This document shows, piece by piece, positions 1 to 11,757 of a stretch of 64,000 nucleotides of DNA. The stretch covers positions 620,001 through 684,000 of the forward strand of contig OZ025659.1 in NCBI GenBank assembly GCA_964019335.1, written 5' to 3'. The notes below the pieces were generated by a model. That model made no database searches. It saw nothing but the letters and a program-made list of their open reading frames with translations, and was not told where the DNA came from. The translations under genes and the position numbers were made by a program. This DNA is from Diplonema japonicum. Its lineage: Eukaryota; Protista; Euglenozoa: Diplonemea. Position 1 is the stretch's first letter. The number at the start of each line of letters is the position of its first letter.

Positions 1-340
1 AAATATTTATCTTTTCAACAAAAAGAAAAATGAATTTACAACTATATGCAACTTATGCCCAGCAATGACATGTAGACATAAAGAATTGTTTTTCTCTCTC
101 TTCCCCTCCCCTCCCCTCTCCTCTCCTCGCATTGGTACCCTTTGCAGCCGACTCTGACGTTAAAGATCGATTTTTTTCTTCTTTTTTTTCCTGTTTCCAC
201 AGAAATTACACCATTTATTTATTTATTTATTTTTTTTTTTTGCCGCCTTTTTTTTTTTTTTTCTTCGAAAATAATCCGGCCTTCAAAAAAAAAAAAAAAG
301 AAAAAGAAAAAAAGAAAAAAGGGGGGGGAAAAAAAAGAGA

Positions 341-1238
341 ATGACTGCGTACCAGAAGGGTGTGTTTCGCACCGATGCCCCGCCGTTGCATGTTGGGCGC
401 AAGGCGAATCAGGAGCTGGCAGAACGTCGGTCGCAAAGCGCTGATTTCCACAAGAAGAACAAGATAGAATGCACAGCAACTCGGGATCATCTTGTGGTGG
501 GGAAGGCACCTTGCGTGGAACACCCCACACCAAAGCCCCACAAGCACCTAGTAGATGGCGTCCGTGCGAACAAGTCAAGGTGCCCATGGGACGTGGCACA
601 ACTGTCTGCCCGGAACAAACATAAGGGAAGGAAGAATGTAGACACATCTACGTATTACAGAGAAAAGAAGTTCGGGAAGGGATCAGGACTTGCTCCTGTG
701 TGGGAAAGCGATGCTGCCGCAAAATTCGTCTACCCTGACAGAGAGGGTGGCGGTGCGCCGAACAAAAAGAAGACCGATCCCAACAAATCTGGTGGGTCGG
801 TGGAAAGTACAGTTGAAAGAAGATGGAAACCCTCTAGGAAGCATCTTGAATGCAGCAAGAGTCAATCTGCGGAATACGCGCCTCCTCACAAGCAGCTCTC
901 TTACCAACGGCGTTCGTCGGCTACCAGCCTTTGGGGCCCCGAACCCGGTCCTGCGAAGGTGACCCGTTCAGCTTCCGCGGAACTTCGCCCACGGTCCAGG
1001 TCCCCCTTCGCCACCTCCTTCGACCTTCCCCAGGCCAAGCCCTCCCCTTTGAATATCGAACCGAGCCGTAGCTGTCCGTATGATGCTAATTATAGGCCGT
1101 CGCAAGGGCCGACCCATATGGAACCCGGAAAGAGGTGTGTGGGGAATTTAAAAAAAAAAAAAAATCAGAAACGAGTTCCGTCCGCGTACTAGAATCTTCT
1201 CTGCTTCCGACAGCCGTCAGAAGATTTTCGGGTTTTAG
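341..1238 (+). CDS. Hypothetical basic, low-complexity protein; predicted intron 1135..1168
   Basis: ATG follows an A-tract and opens a long ORF. Removing GTGTGT..A-tract..TCAG (34 nt) replaces a poly-Lys tail with NEFRPRTRIFSASDSRQKIFGF*. Confidence 0.6.
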
Positions 1239-1361
1239 GGAGGGGAAGAGGATTTTTTTTTTTTTTTTGTTCGTCCGATGAAATGATGTATACACACTTT
1301 TTTTTTTTTTAGTACATTTTTTGCTTTTTTTGTTTTTCCAGGCTCATTTCCCCTCCCTGCT

Positions 1362-1396
<35 letters not shown>

Positions 1397-1813
1397 CGCC
1401 CGAAAAAAAAAGAAAAGAATAGAAGAAACAAAGGGAGTAAAAGTGTTTTTTTTTTCCCCTCCACAGTACACCCCCCCCCCCCCCCCCCCCGCTATATGTT
1501 CTCCCTTATCTCTTTAAGAAAAAGTTGATTTTTTATTTTTTTTTATTTTACTCATCAAACAAGGTACGTTACATGCCCCACTCATCTCCTTTCCCCTCCC
1601 TTTTTTTTCCAGTTTTTTTTTTCTTTTTACAATATCCTTTTTTTGTGGGGAAAGAAATGTTTTTTTTTTCTTCTTATTCTTCTTTTAGTGTGTTTTATTT
1701 TCTTCTTTGTTGTTCCCCTTTTTTTTTCATTGCGTATAAAATGACGTATTCTTACAAAGAAGGGGTAACGCGGGGGGTGCAAGAAAAAAGAGAAAAAAAA
1801 GAGAGAAAAAAAC

Positions 1814-3934
1814 ATGGCAAAAAAAGATCTGTCCGATGCGGCAAACTGTGTTACGTCACGGCAAACCAAGCTGAGCCCGGAGCTGGAGTGGATGTTATAT
1901 ATGATGGTGTGGTATCTCTGCGAGGGGAGGGAAAGCGAAACGGCCGCAAAGGAGTGCGTGGCAGCGTTAAAAAAAATGTGGCAGGCGAACTACTCCATCC
2001 GCGGTGAAGCCGCGAGACTACTTCTGGACAACATAAAAAAATCCAGTGAAAACAACGAAATCATCATAAATAAAACAGGGGTCAGCTTGCTACTCAAAGC
2101 ACTGGAGGCCTCCCCTCCTGTACCTCTCGCAGGAAAGCAAATCCCGTTCATAAATTACGTTTTATCTTCCACGACAAGAACCTGGCAAGACTCCCAAATC
2201 GAAACCCTCTTCGACGCCCTCCTGTCAGTTCCAATGCAGCTCCATGTTTCCGTTTGGCTGCTTGCTCTTCTGAGAGGCCTGCACAAAATGAACCGATTCA
2301 AAATTTTAAAAACGCATATGGAGAGCACTGCTGTTGCAGCTGCGAAGTCTGTCATATCGCGATCGTCATCGCTGGCGATTCGCAAGTCCGCTGCTTACCT
2401 TCTATCGTACTGTCTAATAGGGTATCAGAAGAACGCGGACTTATTCAACTTGACTGCACCTTACCTGGAGGTGGTGATAAACGGAAATGTTACGCCTGAC
2501 GATGATACAGCAGATGAGGTGGTCCGCTCGGGTTCGTTGTACGATCAGCTTCGCCCTCACCGTAAGCTCCGCAGCCGTTTGGCGGTCGCAATAGTTCACA
2601 GCAGGATGCATGTTGGGGATTGTCAGGCCAAGGCGTTCATCCTGAGCTCTTTCAAAGAGTTCCAACGGTATACCGGTACGCCGGTAGCGAACCTCAAACG
2701 TGTGGTGGTCCCTAACAACCTTGCGTACCAGATTCTCCCGGGGCCCTGTGCAGCAAGCATCGCCGCAAGCCAGCCGACGTCTGTTCCAACATTGAAACCC
2801 GTCAAGATCGAACAGGGGATCACCGGGCTGGCCAACCTCGGCAACACCTGCTTCATGGCGTCGTACGTACAAGCTCTGTACTTCGTGAAAGGGATTCGAG
2901 AGACAATTTTATCGCTTCCTTTTGAAACGGGCGACTTCGACCCTGTCACATGGGGGAGGTGCTCTGCGTTGCACCACTTGGGGATGCTCCTTGGTGGGAT
3001 GGAGATCACGACGGAACCGGCTGTGCGGCCGACAGGATTCTACCGCACACTCCCAGCATTCTTCAGAGACTTCAGACAGCACGACGCGATGGAGTTCGGG
3101 TACGGCTTGGTGTCCCTGCTCGAGGAGGAGATCAAGCGGCACTACGGGAACCACGTGAAGTCAAAATTCGCCTCAACATACACAGGCAAGACCAGCAGGA
3201 AGGTAGTATGCAGGGAATGCGAAGTACCTAGTGTGAGGGAAGACACTTACACCAGCCTGAACCTGATGTATCCTGAAGGGAACGAATCGCAACCCACGTC
3301 TGTCGAGAGTCTCTTAGACAACGCAATGTACTCTGAAGAACAACTGACAGGCTCCGACCAGTACGACTGCGAGCGGTGCGGGAAAAAAACCGACGCCTCT
3401 GTTCATGGTGAGGTCACCTCTCTGCCGCCTCACCTGACACTGGTCTTGGGAAGGTTTCGGTACGAAGTGAAGTCCGGTGTGAGGAAAAAGATTTTAACGC
3501 AAACTGATGTGCCTTCGTCATTGGACATCCCTCTCAGACGTGGTGCAGGGGGTGTGAAGAGGTACTCGTTAAGCGCTATTGTCGCCCACTCCGGTGAGTC
3601 CGCACAGTCCGGGCATTATTATTGTATTGGTAAGAAAGACAAGTTTTGGTACACTATGAACGACTCCTACGCCATGCAGTCGCAATCTGTGAATTATCGC
3701 ACTGCGTCTGCTGTGCCGTACTTGCTTTTCTACAGTGAGGATGCGCCGCCGCCACCGTCCAGGAGGCTGGTGACGTCGGTGTCGTGGTTTGAATCCCACT
3801 TGACTTTCAATTATATTCCGCCTGTTGAGGCGCCGAAGGAACCTGTTGTGAAGGGTAAACCCCGCGCTAGGGGGCTTGATGACTCGGACAGTGATCCAGA
3901 GGTGGAGGGTGCCCCTGACCTAAGCCAGCAGTGA
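1814..3934 (+). CDS. Ubiquitin-specific protease (peptidase C19)
   Basis: Cys box GLANLGNTCFMASYVQAL, QHDAMEF, Zn-finger CxxC pairs, His box AHSGESAQSGHY, WYTMND. Confidence 0.95.
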   Translation: MAKKDLSDAANCVTSRQTKLSPELEWMLYMMVWYLCEGRESETAAKECVAALKKMWQANYSIRGEAARLLLDNIKKSSENNEIIINKTGVSLLLKALEASPPVPLAGKQIPFINYVLSSTTRTWQDSQIETLFDALLSVPMQLHVSVWLLALLRGLHKMNRFKILKTHMESTAVAAAKSVISRSSSLAIRKSAAYLLSYCLIGYQKNADLFNLTAPYLEVVINGNVTPDDDTADEVVRSGSLYDQLRPHRKLRSRLAVAIVHSRMHVGDCQAKAFILSSFKEFQRYTGTPVANLKRVVVPNNLAYQILPGPCAASIAASQPTSVPTLKPVKIEQGITGLANLGNTCFMASYVQALYFVKGIRETILSLPFETGDFDPVTWGRCSALHHLGMLLGGMEITTEPAVRPTGFYRTLPAFFRDFRQHDAMEFGYGLVSLLEEEIKRHYGNHVKSKFASTYTGKTSRKVVCRECEVPSVREDTYTSLNLMYPEGNESQPTSVESLLDNAMYSEEQLTGSDQYDCERCGKKTDASVHGEVTSLPPHLTLVLGRFRYEVKSGVRKKILTQTDVPSSLDIPLRRGAGGVKRYSLSAIVAHSGESAQSGHYYCIGKKDKFWYTMNDSYAMQSQSVNYRTASAVPYLLFYSEDAPPPPSRRLVTSVSWFESHLTFNYIPPVEAPKEPVVKGKPRARGLDDSDSDPEVEGAPDLSQQ

Positions 3935-4820
3935 TTTTTTTTTTTTTTTTTTTCAGCAGATGGTCCCGCCGTCAGCACTGCCACACAGGTCAAAACCCCC
4001 CCCCAAAAAAAAAGGGCAGAAACGAGGTGACCCCAGCGAAAACGCAAACTTTTTTTTGGGTGGGGGAAAGGGTAGAGTTAGAGGGGACCTGGCCTCTTTT
4101 TTTTTTTTTTTTTTCCGATTTTTTTTTTTTTTTCCTTTTTTGATTAACTGTGTTCGAATGGGGATATTTACAACAAAAAAAAAAAAACGATGGGTTTTTT
4201 TTTCTAGTTCTTTTTTTTTAAATTTATTTTTCCTTTAGTTATACTTTTCAAGTACTGCTTAGTTTCTTTGTAAGATGTGAAGAGCGTAGCTGGTGGCTAA
4301 CAGTACACCTGTTACATGTTACAGGATACGTACTTTGGGCATAAACACAATGTTTATCCTGCAAAGCTTCTTCTTGTTTCTATATTTTTAACCCGGGGGG
4401 GGGGGGGGGGGGCACAGAAGAGAAGGGGATGGCAAATTATCAAACCCTCCTTGTTTTACGCATTTTCCCATCCCTTACCCCCCCCCCCCCCCCCCACGTG
4501 TCCAATAGGAATAACAAAACAAAGAAGAAAAAAAAGGGGGGTAGAAAAAAAAAAAGGAGGAGAGACACAAAAATACAAAGAAATTATTCTCTCTCGCTTT
4601 CTCACTTTTTTCCTCCATTTTTTTATTTTTTTTTTTCCGTTCTTACCACACCCCTCCAATTTTTCTTTTTTTTTTTTTTATACTTCCACTATCCCTCTGT
4701 GTGTTATAACACTCTACTTTTTTTTTTTTTTTTTTTTCCTCCATTTTTTTTCTGAAGACGAATGACAACAAAAAAAGCCCAAAATTTCTGAAAGGGAAAA
4801 AAAAAAAAAAAAAAAAAGAA

Positions 4821-5141
4821 ATGTCACGCCCATCTAGCAGCGCTCTCATTTCCCTCACGAGAAGTTTTCTGAGGGAGGCAAACAAAATGAAAGATTACAA
4901 CATCAGCCAATATGTGAAAAGAAGGGTGCTTCAGGATATGAGGAAGAAAATCGACGACGATCAGAAGGTAGCTGAGTTGTACAAACAGGGCATGGCTGAC
5001 CTCGAGGTATTGCACACAAACAAAAAATCGGGAAAACTACAACCCCCCCCCCCCCCCCCCCCCCAACAGGTAGCCAAACGTGCTGCCATCATGCAGAACA
5101 TGTACATTCAGAATCAGAACTTCCTTGCGCTTCAAAAGTAG
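4821..5141 (+). CDS. ISD11: LYR-motif protein ISD11/LYRM4-like (Fe-S cluster assembly); in-frame intron 5007..5069
   Basis: SLTRSFLREANKMKDYNISQYVKRRV..DLE|VAKRAAIMQNMY matches the ISD11 pattern once the 63-nt GT..C-tract..AG insert is removed. Confidence 0.75.
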   Translation: MSRPSSSALISLTRSFLREANKMKDYNISQYVKRRVLQDMRKKIDDDQKVAELYKQGMADLEVLHTNKKSGKLQPPPPPPPQQVAKRAAIMQNMYIQNQNFLALQK

Positions 5142-5320
5142 AGGAAGAAATCCTTTTTTTTTTTTTTTTTTTTTTTTTTATATTTCTCTCCGCCTGGCCA
5201 CCTCAGTGGGGGGTTGCTGCCCCCTCCCCCCCCTTTTTTTTAAGTGGAATGTGTTTTCTTTTTTTTTCAGAAAAAGATCTTTTTTGTAGCGGGGAAAAAA
5301 AAAAAAAAAAAAAAAAAAAG

Positions 5321-6526
5321 ATGCTGACAAGAATAGCAAGAAGAAGCATCACAACCGCACTGCAGTCGACAGAGGTGGTGAGGGACGGGACGAGGGCCAA
5401 GGTGCAATGGAAAGATGGGACGACTCGGGAGTACGACGGTACGTGGTTGAGGCTGGCCTGCAGAAGCTGTTTGCACGAAACTTCCCAAAGGCTCATCTCC
5501 GCCGCGGACCTGGAGCTCCCCGTCCGGCTGAACAAAATCGGCGTTGACGGCGAAATGGTGTCCATCGTCTTCGAAAACGGCCACAAAACAGTCCTCACAA
5601 AGAAATTCCTGGAGGACCACAGCCCATCCAACACATCGAAACCATCCTCCGAAAAATCCAACCCGAACGGCCCGAACAGAATCTCCTGGGAGTCCATTGA
5701 AAACAACAACGAAGAAGGTGTTTGGAATCTTGTAAAACATGTCTCGGAAGACGGGCTTGTCATCGTCACCAACACACCAAACACCGAAGGCGCTGTTGCG
5801 AACATCACCAACAAAATCGGGAGGACGATGGAAACGCTTTATGAGACGATTTTTGACGTGGTGTCCATGCCGGACCCCATCAACATAGCCTACACCGGGG
5901 AAAGGCTTGCATTTCATCAGGATTTACCTTATTACGAGTCCCCACCTGGGATTCAAGCATTGCATTGCAGGGAATTTTCAAGTTGTGTGGAAGGTGGTGA
6001 ATCGACATTTTTAGATGCTCACGCCGTGGCCGAGCTGTTACGAGAAAAATCCCCTCATGACTTCGAGGTGCTATGCAGGGTGCCTGCTTCTTTTCAAAAG
6101 GACCATTTGAACCGAGACCGCCCGGCTCGTTTCTTTTACAAACGCCCGCATATCAATCTTAACCACCGAGGCGAGATCACCGCTGTGTTCTGGTCCCCTC
6201 CCTTCGAGGGACCTCTTAACGTTAATATCGATGATGTTGCTGCGTATCACAAAGCATACAAGAAGCTCAATGATCTTGTGGAGGACCCCGAGATTGCAAA
6301 AGAATTCGGATACAAGTTCCGTCTGCAGGAGGGGGAGGCGGTTGTCTTCAACAACAGAAGGCTGCTTCACGGAAGGGAGTCGTTTAAGTTGAACGGCGGC
6401 GGCCGGCATCTGCAAGGATGCTACGTGACCATCGATGACTTCAACAACCGGCTCCACGCTCTCGCACCGAAGTTTGCGGGCACCGGATATGTATTCAACA
6501 AAACGGGTAATGCTGATTATCATTAG
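5321..6526 (+). CDS. Gamma-butyrobetaine dioxygenase-like Fe(II)/2OG oxygenase (TauD family), probably mitochondrial
   Basis: Transit-like MLTRIARRSI, N-terminal WLRLACRSC Zn domain, FHQDLPYYESPPG (HxD) and FNNRRLLHGRESF. Confidence 0.9.
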   Translation: MLTRIARRSITTALQSTEVVRDGTRAKVQWKDGTTREYDGTWLRLACRSCLHETSQRLISAADLELPVRLNKIGVDGEMVSIVFENGHKTVLTKKFLEDHSPSNTSKPSSEKSNPNGPNRISWESIENNNEEGVWNLVKHVSEDGLVIVTNTPNTEGAVANITNKIGRTMETLYETIFDVVSMPDPINIAYTGERLAFHQDLPYYESPPGIQALHCREFSSCVEGGESTFLDAHAVAELLREKSPHDFEVLCRVPASFQKDHLNRDRPARFFYKRPHINLNHRGEITAVFWSPPFEGPLNVNIDDVAAYHKAYKKLNDLVEDPEIAKEFGYKFRLQEGEAVVFNNRRLLHGRESFKLNGGGRHLQGCYVTIDDFNNRLHALAPKFAGTGYVFNKTGNADYH

Positions 6527-6630
6527 AAAGTCTCAAAGAACGAGGAAAAAAGAAAAAATAGGGGGAAATATATATATTTTAGTTTAAACGGAAGGGGATG
6601 GGGGTCGTTCTGCGTGTCGCATGTTTTTTT

Positions 6631-6662
<32 letters not shown>

Positions 6663-6663
6663 T

Positions 6664-7473
6664 TGGGAGTGTGCGATCACAGGAAGAATCCGTGTGGCGG
6701 CGATGTACAGGGGGCTGGGAGTGGTGCGTGATGGCCTGCCCGCAGCTACAGCCCTGCATGGAATCATTCCGAGGGGAGCGGATGAGGATGCTAAGAAACG
6801 GGCGAGGATGATCCAGACGTATTTAGTGAATGTCGTGACAGAACGTGACGCCAAGGCGGCGGAGAGGAGGGTGCGAGGCTGCTCACCTGCAACCCGTGGG
6901 ATGAGGTTAAAACTGGGAAACAGCATGATGTTCCAACAGAGGCGTTTCTGAAATCGAATGGAGCGTCGGGCTTGATCCTGATGTTCCACTTGAAGAGCGT
7001 CCTCAAGTGGCTGAGAGGCCTGCGATGGTATGTAGGTAAGAGCAAGACTTCCATCACAACGATGGAGCTAGCGATTGACTATGAGCAGACCACCCGCCGG
7101 TCACTCATAGGCCCGCTTGACGACCAGGACTTCCTCACGGAGAAAGCCAATAGAATGCGATATCTCTTGGGTCGCATCCAGAAAAGTGCAGAGAGAGGGG
7201 GGCGTAGTGCTTTCCCTGCCAAAGCTAAGTCGAGGGTGCATACCCTGCGACATCTTGGGGGGCCCGACGGCACACGGCTACGACAGGAGACCACTCTTCT
7301 CCTCGAGCCAAACAGCCCCTTACCTAGCACGACTCCATGTAATGTTCCTCGCCCAGATGCCGTCCATCTCATCGCGACAAACAGGCACCAGACAGCAACC
7401 GCAGAACGGTGACCGATAGTGTGAATTTCTACCTGAACAGTGAGCACCCCCATGCACACTGGAACTTTATCGA
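6664..7473 (+). mobile_element. 5'-truncated non-LTR retrotransposon remnant (copy 1)
   Basis: Near-identical to 23771..24586 with the same 3' end (..ACTTTATCGA). Flanked on both sides by T-tracts. The longer copy encodes a CCHC knuckle. Confidence 0.75.
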
Positions 7474-7817
7474 TTTTTTTTTTTTTTTTTTTAGTCAAAA
7501 AAGTTTTTGGACATTTGTCAGTCCGACATTTTTGTTCTTTTTTTTTTCTAGTATTATATCCCCCCCCCCTTTTTATTTGCGTTGGATAATGTGAGTTCCA
7601 AAAAGGGGGGAGGACAGTAAACGTACTCCTTTTCTTTCATTATCCATCTTTCTCCCCCGCCCACCCCTATTATTTTATTTTTTCTTCATTTCGACAATCG
7701 AATTATTTTTTATTGTGTTTTTATTAGGGGTTGGTCCTCAAGTGGGGTTTACCCTTTACCATCGCCTTTATACGTCCGTCTCCCCCCCCCATTTTTTTGT
7801 ATTTCTTAAAAAATCTT

Positions 7818-7866
<49 letters not shown>

Positions 7867-7901
7867 CAAAAGGGAAAATAAAACCAAAAAAAAAAAAAAA
7901 A

Positions 7902-9017
7902 ATGCAAACCCTAATTCTGGCATTGGCCGCGGTGGCCTCTGTGAAAACGAACCTCAGAAGCGACATCACGATCTGCCCCTCGCAGGACAGCGTGAACAGC
8001 GTGATGGTCTGTGCCCCTATGAACACGTACGACTCAAAACTGAACCTGTGCACTAAGACCTTCTACGCCGGCACGGCAAAGGAGACGGTGTCAAGCTGCT
8101 ACCTCGAACAGTGCTACGGCACTAAAACGCCCCCTGCAGGTGTCGCAAAGTGCACTGTGTCTGATATGGGTGAGAACCAGGACATTGTTGACCAGATCAA
8201 CGGGGTCGCGACTTCCAAGAAGCCCGTCGAAGCCGCATCGCTCAGAGGCACAGCCACAACGCTCGGAGTCTCGCCGCTTGCGCCGACTACTGTCACAAGC
8301 TCCTTTGCCGCACGTCAGCTGTCCAACTTGCCCCCAAGGTGGGGGTGGCCCGACATCGACAACTCTGCGTTCCTGAACTTCCCCGAATCTCTGATCGGGC
8401 GTTTGGGGCAGATCCCCAACGTGTACTTGGACAATTCCTTCGAGATGCGCTTCGCGTGCCCCAACGGGGGTGCTGCTAAGAAGTGCGATCTTTTCGCTTT
8501 CATCTACAGGTGCCCACCATGCACCTTTGCTGACGGCCGTGACGACACCTCGCCCAGCCCGGCAACATTCGCCGCGAAGCTCCTCGCCGACGGGTGGGAG
8601 CCGTACTCCTGCGACGTAAAGTTCCAGCTTGACCAGACGGTGCCCACCCATGAGCATGGTGTCATTGTGTACCACAGGCAGATGGACCAGCACAGCCGTA
8701 GAAACATTAACGGGTGGTACACCATCCAGAGCGAAGGTCTCCTTGAGCTTTCTTGGTACGCGACGAGCGAGGCGACGGCGCACTGCAGTGACTATGACAA
8801 GGACGACTGTTTGACCATTCTCCCCAAGGAGTGCCAGTGGGACGAGGAGGCGCAGACTTGCAACCGTGTGTTGTGCCCGATGGAGGTCAGACCTGAGCTC
8901 CCTCCCAAGGCGCACGGACCTGGTACCGGTAAGCACAGGCCCAGGGGTCCTTGGGGCGAGAAGTGCAAGGTGTGTGTCGACGACGAACGTGACATGTACA
9001 TGCCCAAGTTGAAGTAG
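7902..9017 (+). CDS. Secreted Cys-rich protein, family member 1
   Basis: Signal-like MQTLILALAAVAS after an A-tract; conserved core GWPDI..GRLGQIPNVY..FIYRCPPCTF..GWEPYSCDVKFQLD..KCKVCVDDERDMYMP. Confidence 0.9.
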   Translation: MQTLILALAAVASVKTNLRSDITICPSQDSVNSVMVCAPMNTYDSKLNLCTKTFYAGTAKETVSSCYLEQCYGTKTPPAGVAKCTVSDMGENQDIVDQINGVATSKKPVEAASLRGTATTLGVSPLAPTTVTSSFAARQLSNLPPRWGWPDIDNSAFLNFPESLIGRLGQIPNVYLDNSFEMRFACPNGGAAKKCDLFAFIYRCPPCTFADGRDDTSPSPATFAAKLLADGWEPYSCDVKFQLDQTVPTHEHGVIVYHRQMDQHSRRNINGWYTIQSEGLLELSWYATSEATAHCSDYDKDDCLTILPKECQWDEEAQTCNRVLCPMEVRPELPPKAHGPGTGKHRPRGPWGEKCKVCVDDERDMYMPKLK

Positions 9018-9135
9018 TAGAATTTTTATATTCTTTTCTTTTTTTTTTCCTCCTTTCATCTTGAATGGAAGACAGCAGGCGCTGTTATTTTTATCTTTTT
9101 CTTTTTCTTTCCCTTTTTTTTTTCTACCGACTGTA

Positions 9136-9171
<36 letters not shown>

Positions 9172-9693
9172 CCCTCCGCTCTCTTTATATCCATTAATGC
9201 CTACCATGGCAAAAAAAAAAAAAAAAGAACACAAATACAACACAAACGCAGCAAATATTTTTTCTCGAAAAATTATTACAAACGGTTTTCCCGCTTGCTC
9301 AGGGCGCGTCTTTGGTAGCAGGGAGGAGAGGGGGGTTTTTTTCCCCCCTCTTTTTTTTAAATTATTATTTTAAAAAAAAAAAAAGATTATTCCACCAAGG
9401 GTTGCCTCCTGGCGGTGTTGAAAAAACTTTTCATTTTTAATTCGTTCTTTCGATCCTATAAAAAAAAAAAAAGAGAATGGCGTATTTCTTGTTTTGGGAG
9501 GGTTGGGAAAGATGGTGGAAGGGAGGGGACAATCTTGGTTTTCTCGAGAAAGGAGAAACAGAAAGAAAAAAAAATACTTTCTTCTTTTTAAAACCTTTTT
9601 TTTAACTCCCTTCTCATCGAATCTTACTGCATTCTCACTTGCTTTTTTTTCCCCCCCTTTTTTTTTTATATCCTCTCATTTTTTTTTCATTCT

Positions 9694-9724
<31 letters not shown>

Positions 9725-9903
9725 GTTTAGTGGTCTCAGGTGTGACAACATCATCCCCTTACGCAGGTCAAAGTAGAAGGCAGAATTTATTGCCTTCTTA
9801 CAGATACGCGGAATGACTAAGGGGCGAGCCAAGGGATGGGTAATTCACCCTTCTCTTAACAAATAGTTCAATTTATTTTCTTTTTGAATCAGTTCTTTTT
9901 TTC

Positions 9904-9947
9904 TCGCTGCACACTTAACGCCAAATAGTGTTGCAACCAAAGCCCCA
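9904..9947 (+). repeat. 44-bp hairpin motif, diverged copy
   Basis: 5 mismatches versus 15044..15087 and 36358..36401; followed by a T-tract. Confidence 0.85.
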
Positions 9948-11757
9948 TTTTTTTTTTTGTTTTATTTTTTTTTAAACTCATTCTGATGGGCACGAACACT
10001 TCCTATCATAGTAATTCCTTCCCCTCCCCTCCCCCAGGCCCGCGGCTTTTCATTTAATTTATGTTCTTTTTCTTCTTCTTCTTTTTTTTTTTAACCCTTC
10101 GATTTGTTTTCTCTTCTTTTCCTTACCCTCTTTTTTTTTAATTTATACCGTAATTGGCTTTCTTCTTTTTATTCCCTTTCCTTTTTTAAGCTCTCGGAAC
10201 CGAACTTTCACTTTTTTTTTTTTCGAGAAAGCGGTCCTCAGATCATCATCTAGAGCTGCTGGTTAGGGAATGATTGATGATTGAACAAAAAAAAAGAAAA
10301 AAAAAAGAAAAGAACTTGAGGGGGTATTGGAAAAAAAGAGAAAACAAGAAGGGGGAAAAAAAAAAGAGAAAAAGGGCAATCACGAATCGAATAACATTTA
10401 TTGTAAGGGAGGGGTATGAGAAAAAAAAATTAATCGGCTTTTTTTTTTTTTATAAAGCTTTAATTAATTGTTGTAATGACGAAGAAGCTTTTATAGTTTT
10501 AAGGAGCCGGTTTCTTTTTTTTCTTTTTTTTTTCTTTTTTTTTTATATTGTAGTTGCTTTCCCTGCTCATTCTCCCCCCCCCCCCCCCCCCCTCATACTT
10601 TCCTCCCCCCCTTTTTTTTTCCTAAGTTATTTTTGACCCTTGTTTTAAAACCGACTTGTTGGATAACAAATGACATGCGTGGCATCACAATTCTCTTTGT
10701 GATACAAAATTTTTTCCTCCCCGCTTTTCTTTTTTTCTCTTTTTTTTTTCCTTTCTCCCTTCTTTTTTTTCAAAAATTAATGCGTTGTAGGTTGAATGTC
10801 GCCTAAAACGGTGCTGTTTCCCCCTTTTTTTTTTTTTTTTTTTGAATTCCATTCTGAAAACTTACAAATGGTGAAGCGGTGAGGAAGCAGACGACAGGGA
10901 TCGAAAAGGAAAAGAGAAAAAGAAAAAAAAAAATGCAAACAAATATTCTTTAAAAAAAAAAAGGCAATGCAAAAGTTTTTTCAAAAAAAAAAAAAGAAAG
11001 GGCACGCAATTTTTTCCTTTGTTTAACTCCAACAGAAATCTATTGGGTAAAAGATATTTTGGGATTTATTATATTCCTCCCCTCAAAGAAAAAAAGAAGA
11101 AGAAGAAAAAAAGAAGAAGAGATGAGAAAAGAGGGGAAATAATAAAGGCCACCTACCCTCCTCGCCCTTCGCTTCGCGTGGAAGGTAAGGAACAACTCTA
11201 AAAAATAGAAGAAAAAGAAAAGCAATATAGGGGGTGTAAATGAGATTTTTTTAAAAAAAAAAAAAGTGGGAAAAAGAAATATAGACGGAAATAACAACAT
11301 CAGCATTTCCCCCACACTCTCTCATCCCCCCTCCCCCCCCTTTTTTCCTTCGGGTCTGTAGTTTTTTTTACCCCCCCCTCCCAGTCTTCTTTTCTTTTTT
11401 TTTCTTTTTCTTTTTTTTTCTTCCATATCTACCCTGCTCCTCTTTTTTCCCCTATTCCTCTTTTTTACGTTTACTTTTCTTCCATCCGACACGCCCGTTG
11501 CTAGGGGGGAGCAGGTGAACTCGTGCCGAGCGCATCACTGGAAGAAAGCATCACATCTTCCTATTCGATGCTTACACGCAGTTGAGGAGACTACCTGCCT
11601 GATTGCGGGAGGCGGGTGTGCGTCTATCTTTGCACAAGCGACAACACAACAAAAGAAAAAAACGAAAAAGAAGAAGAAGAAAAAGCCACCGACACACAAA
11701 CAGGTTTACAACTTCTTCAATACTTTATCTACTCACCCACCTTACACACAAGATAAG

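Noticed and set aside
9061-11315. Numerous poly-Phe/poly-Lys ORFs in intergenic DNA (here and throughout)
   Set aside because: They are translations of T/A homopolymer tracts.
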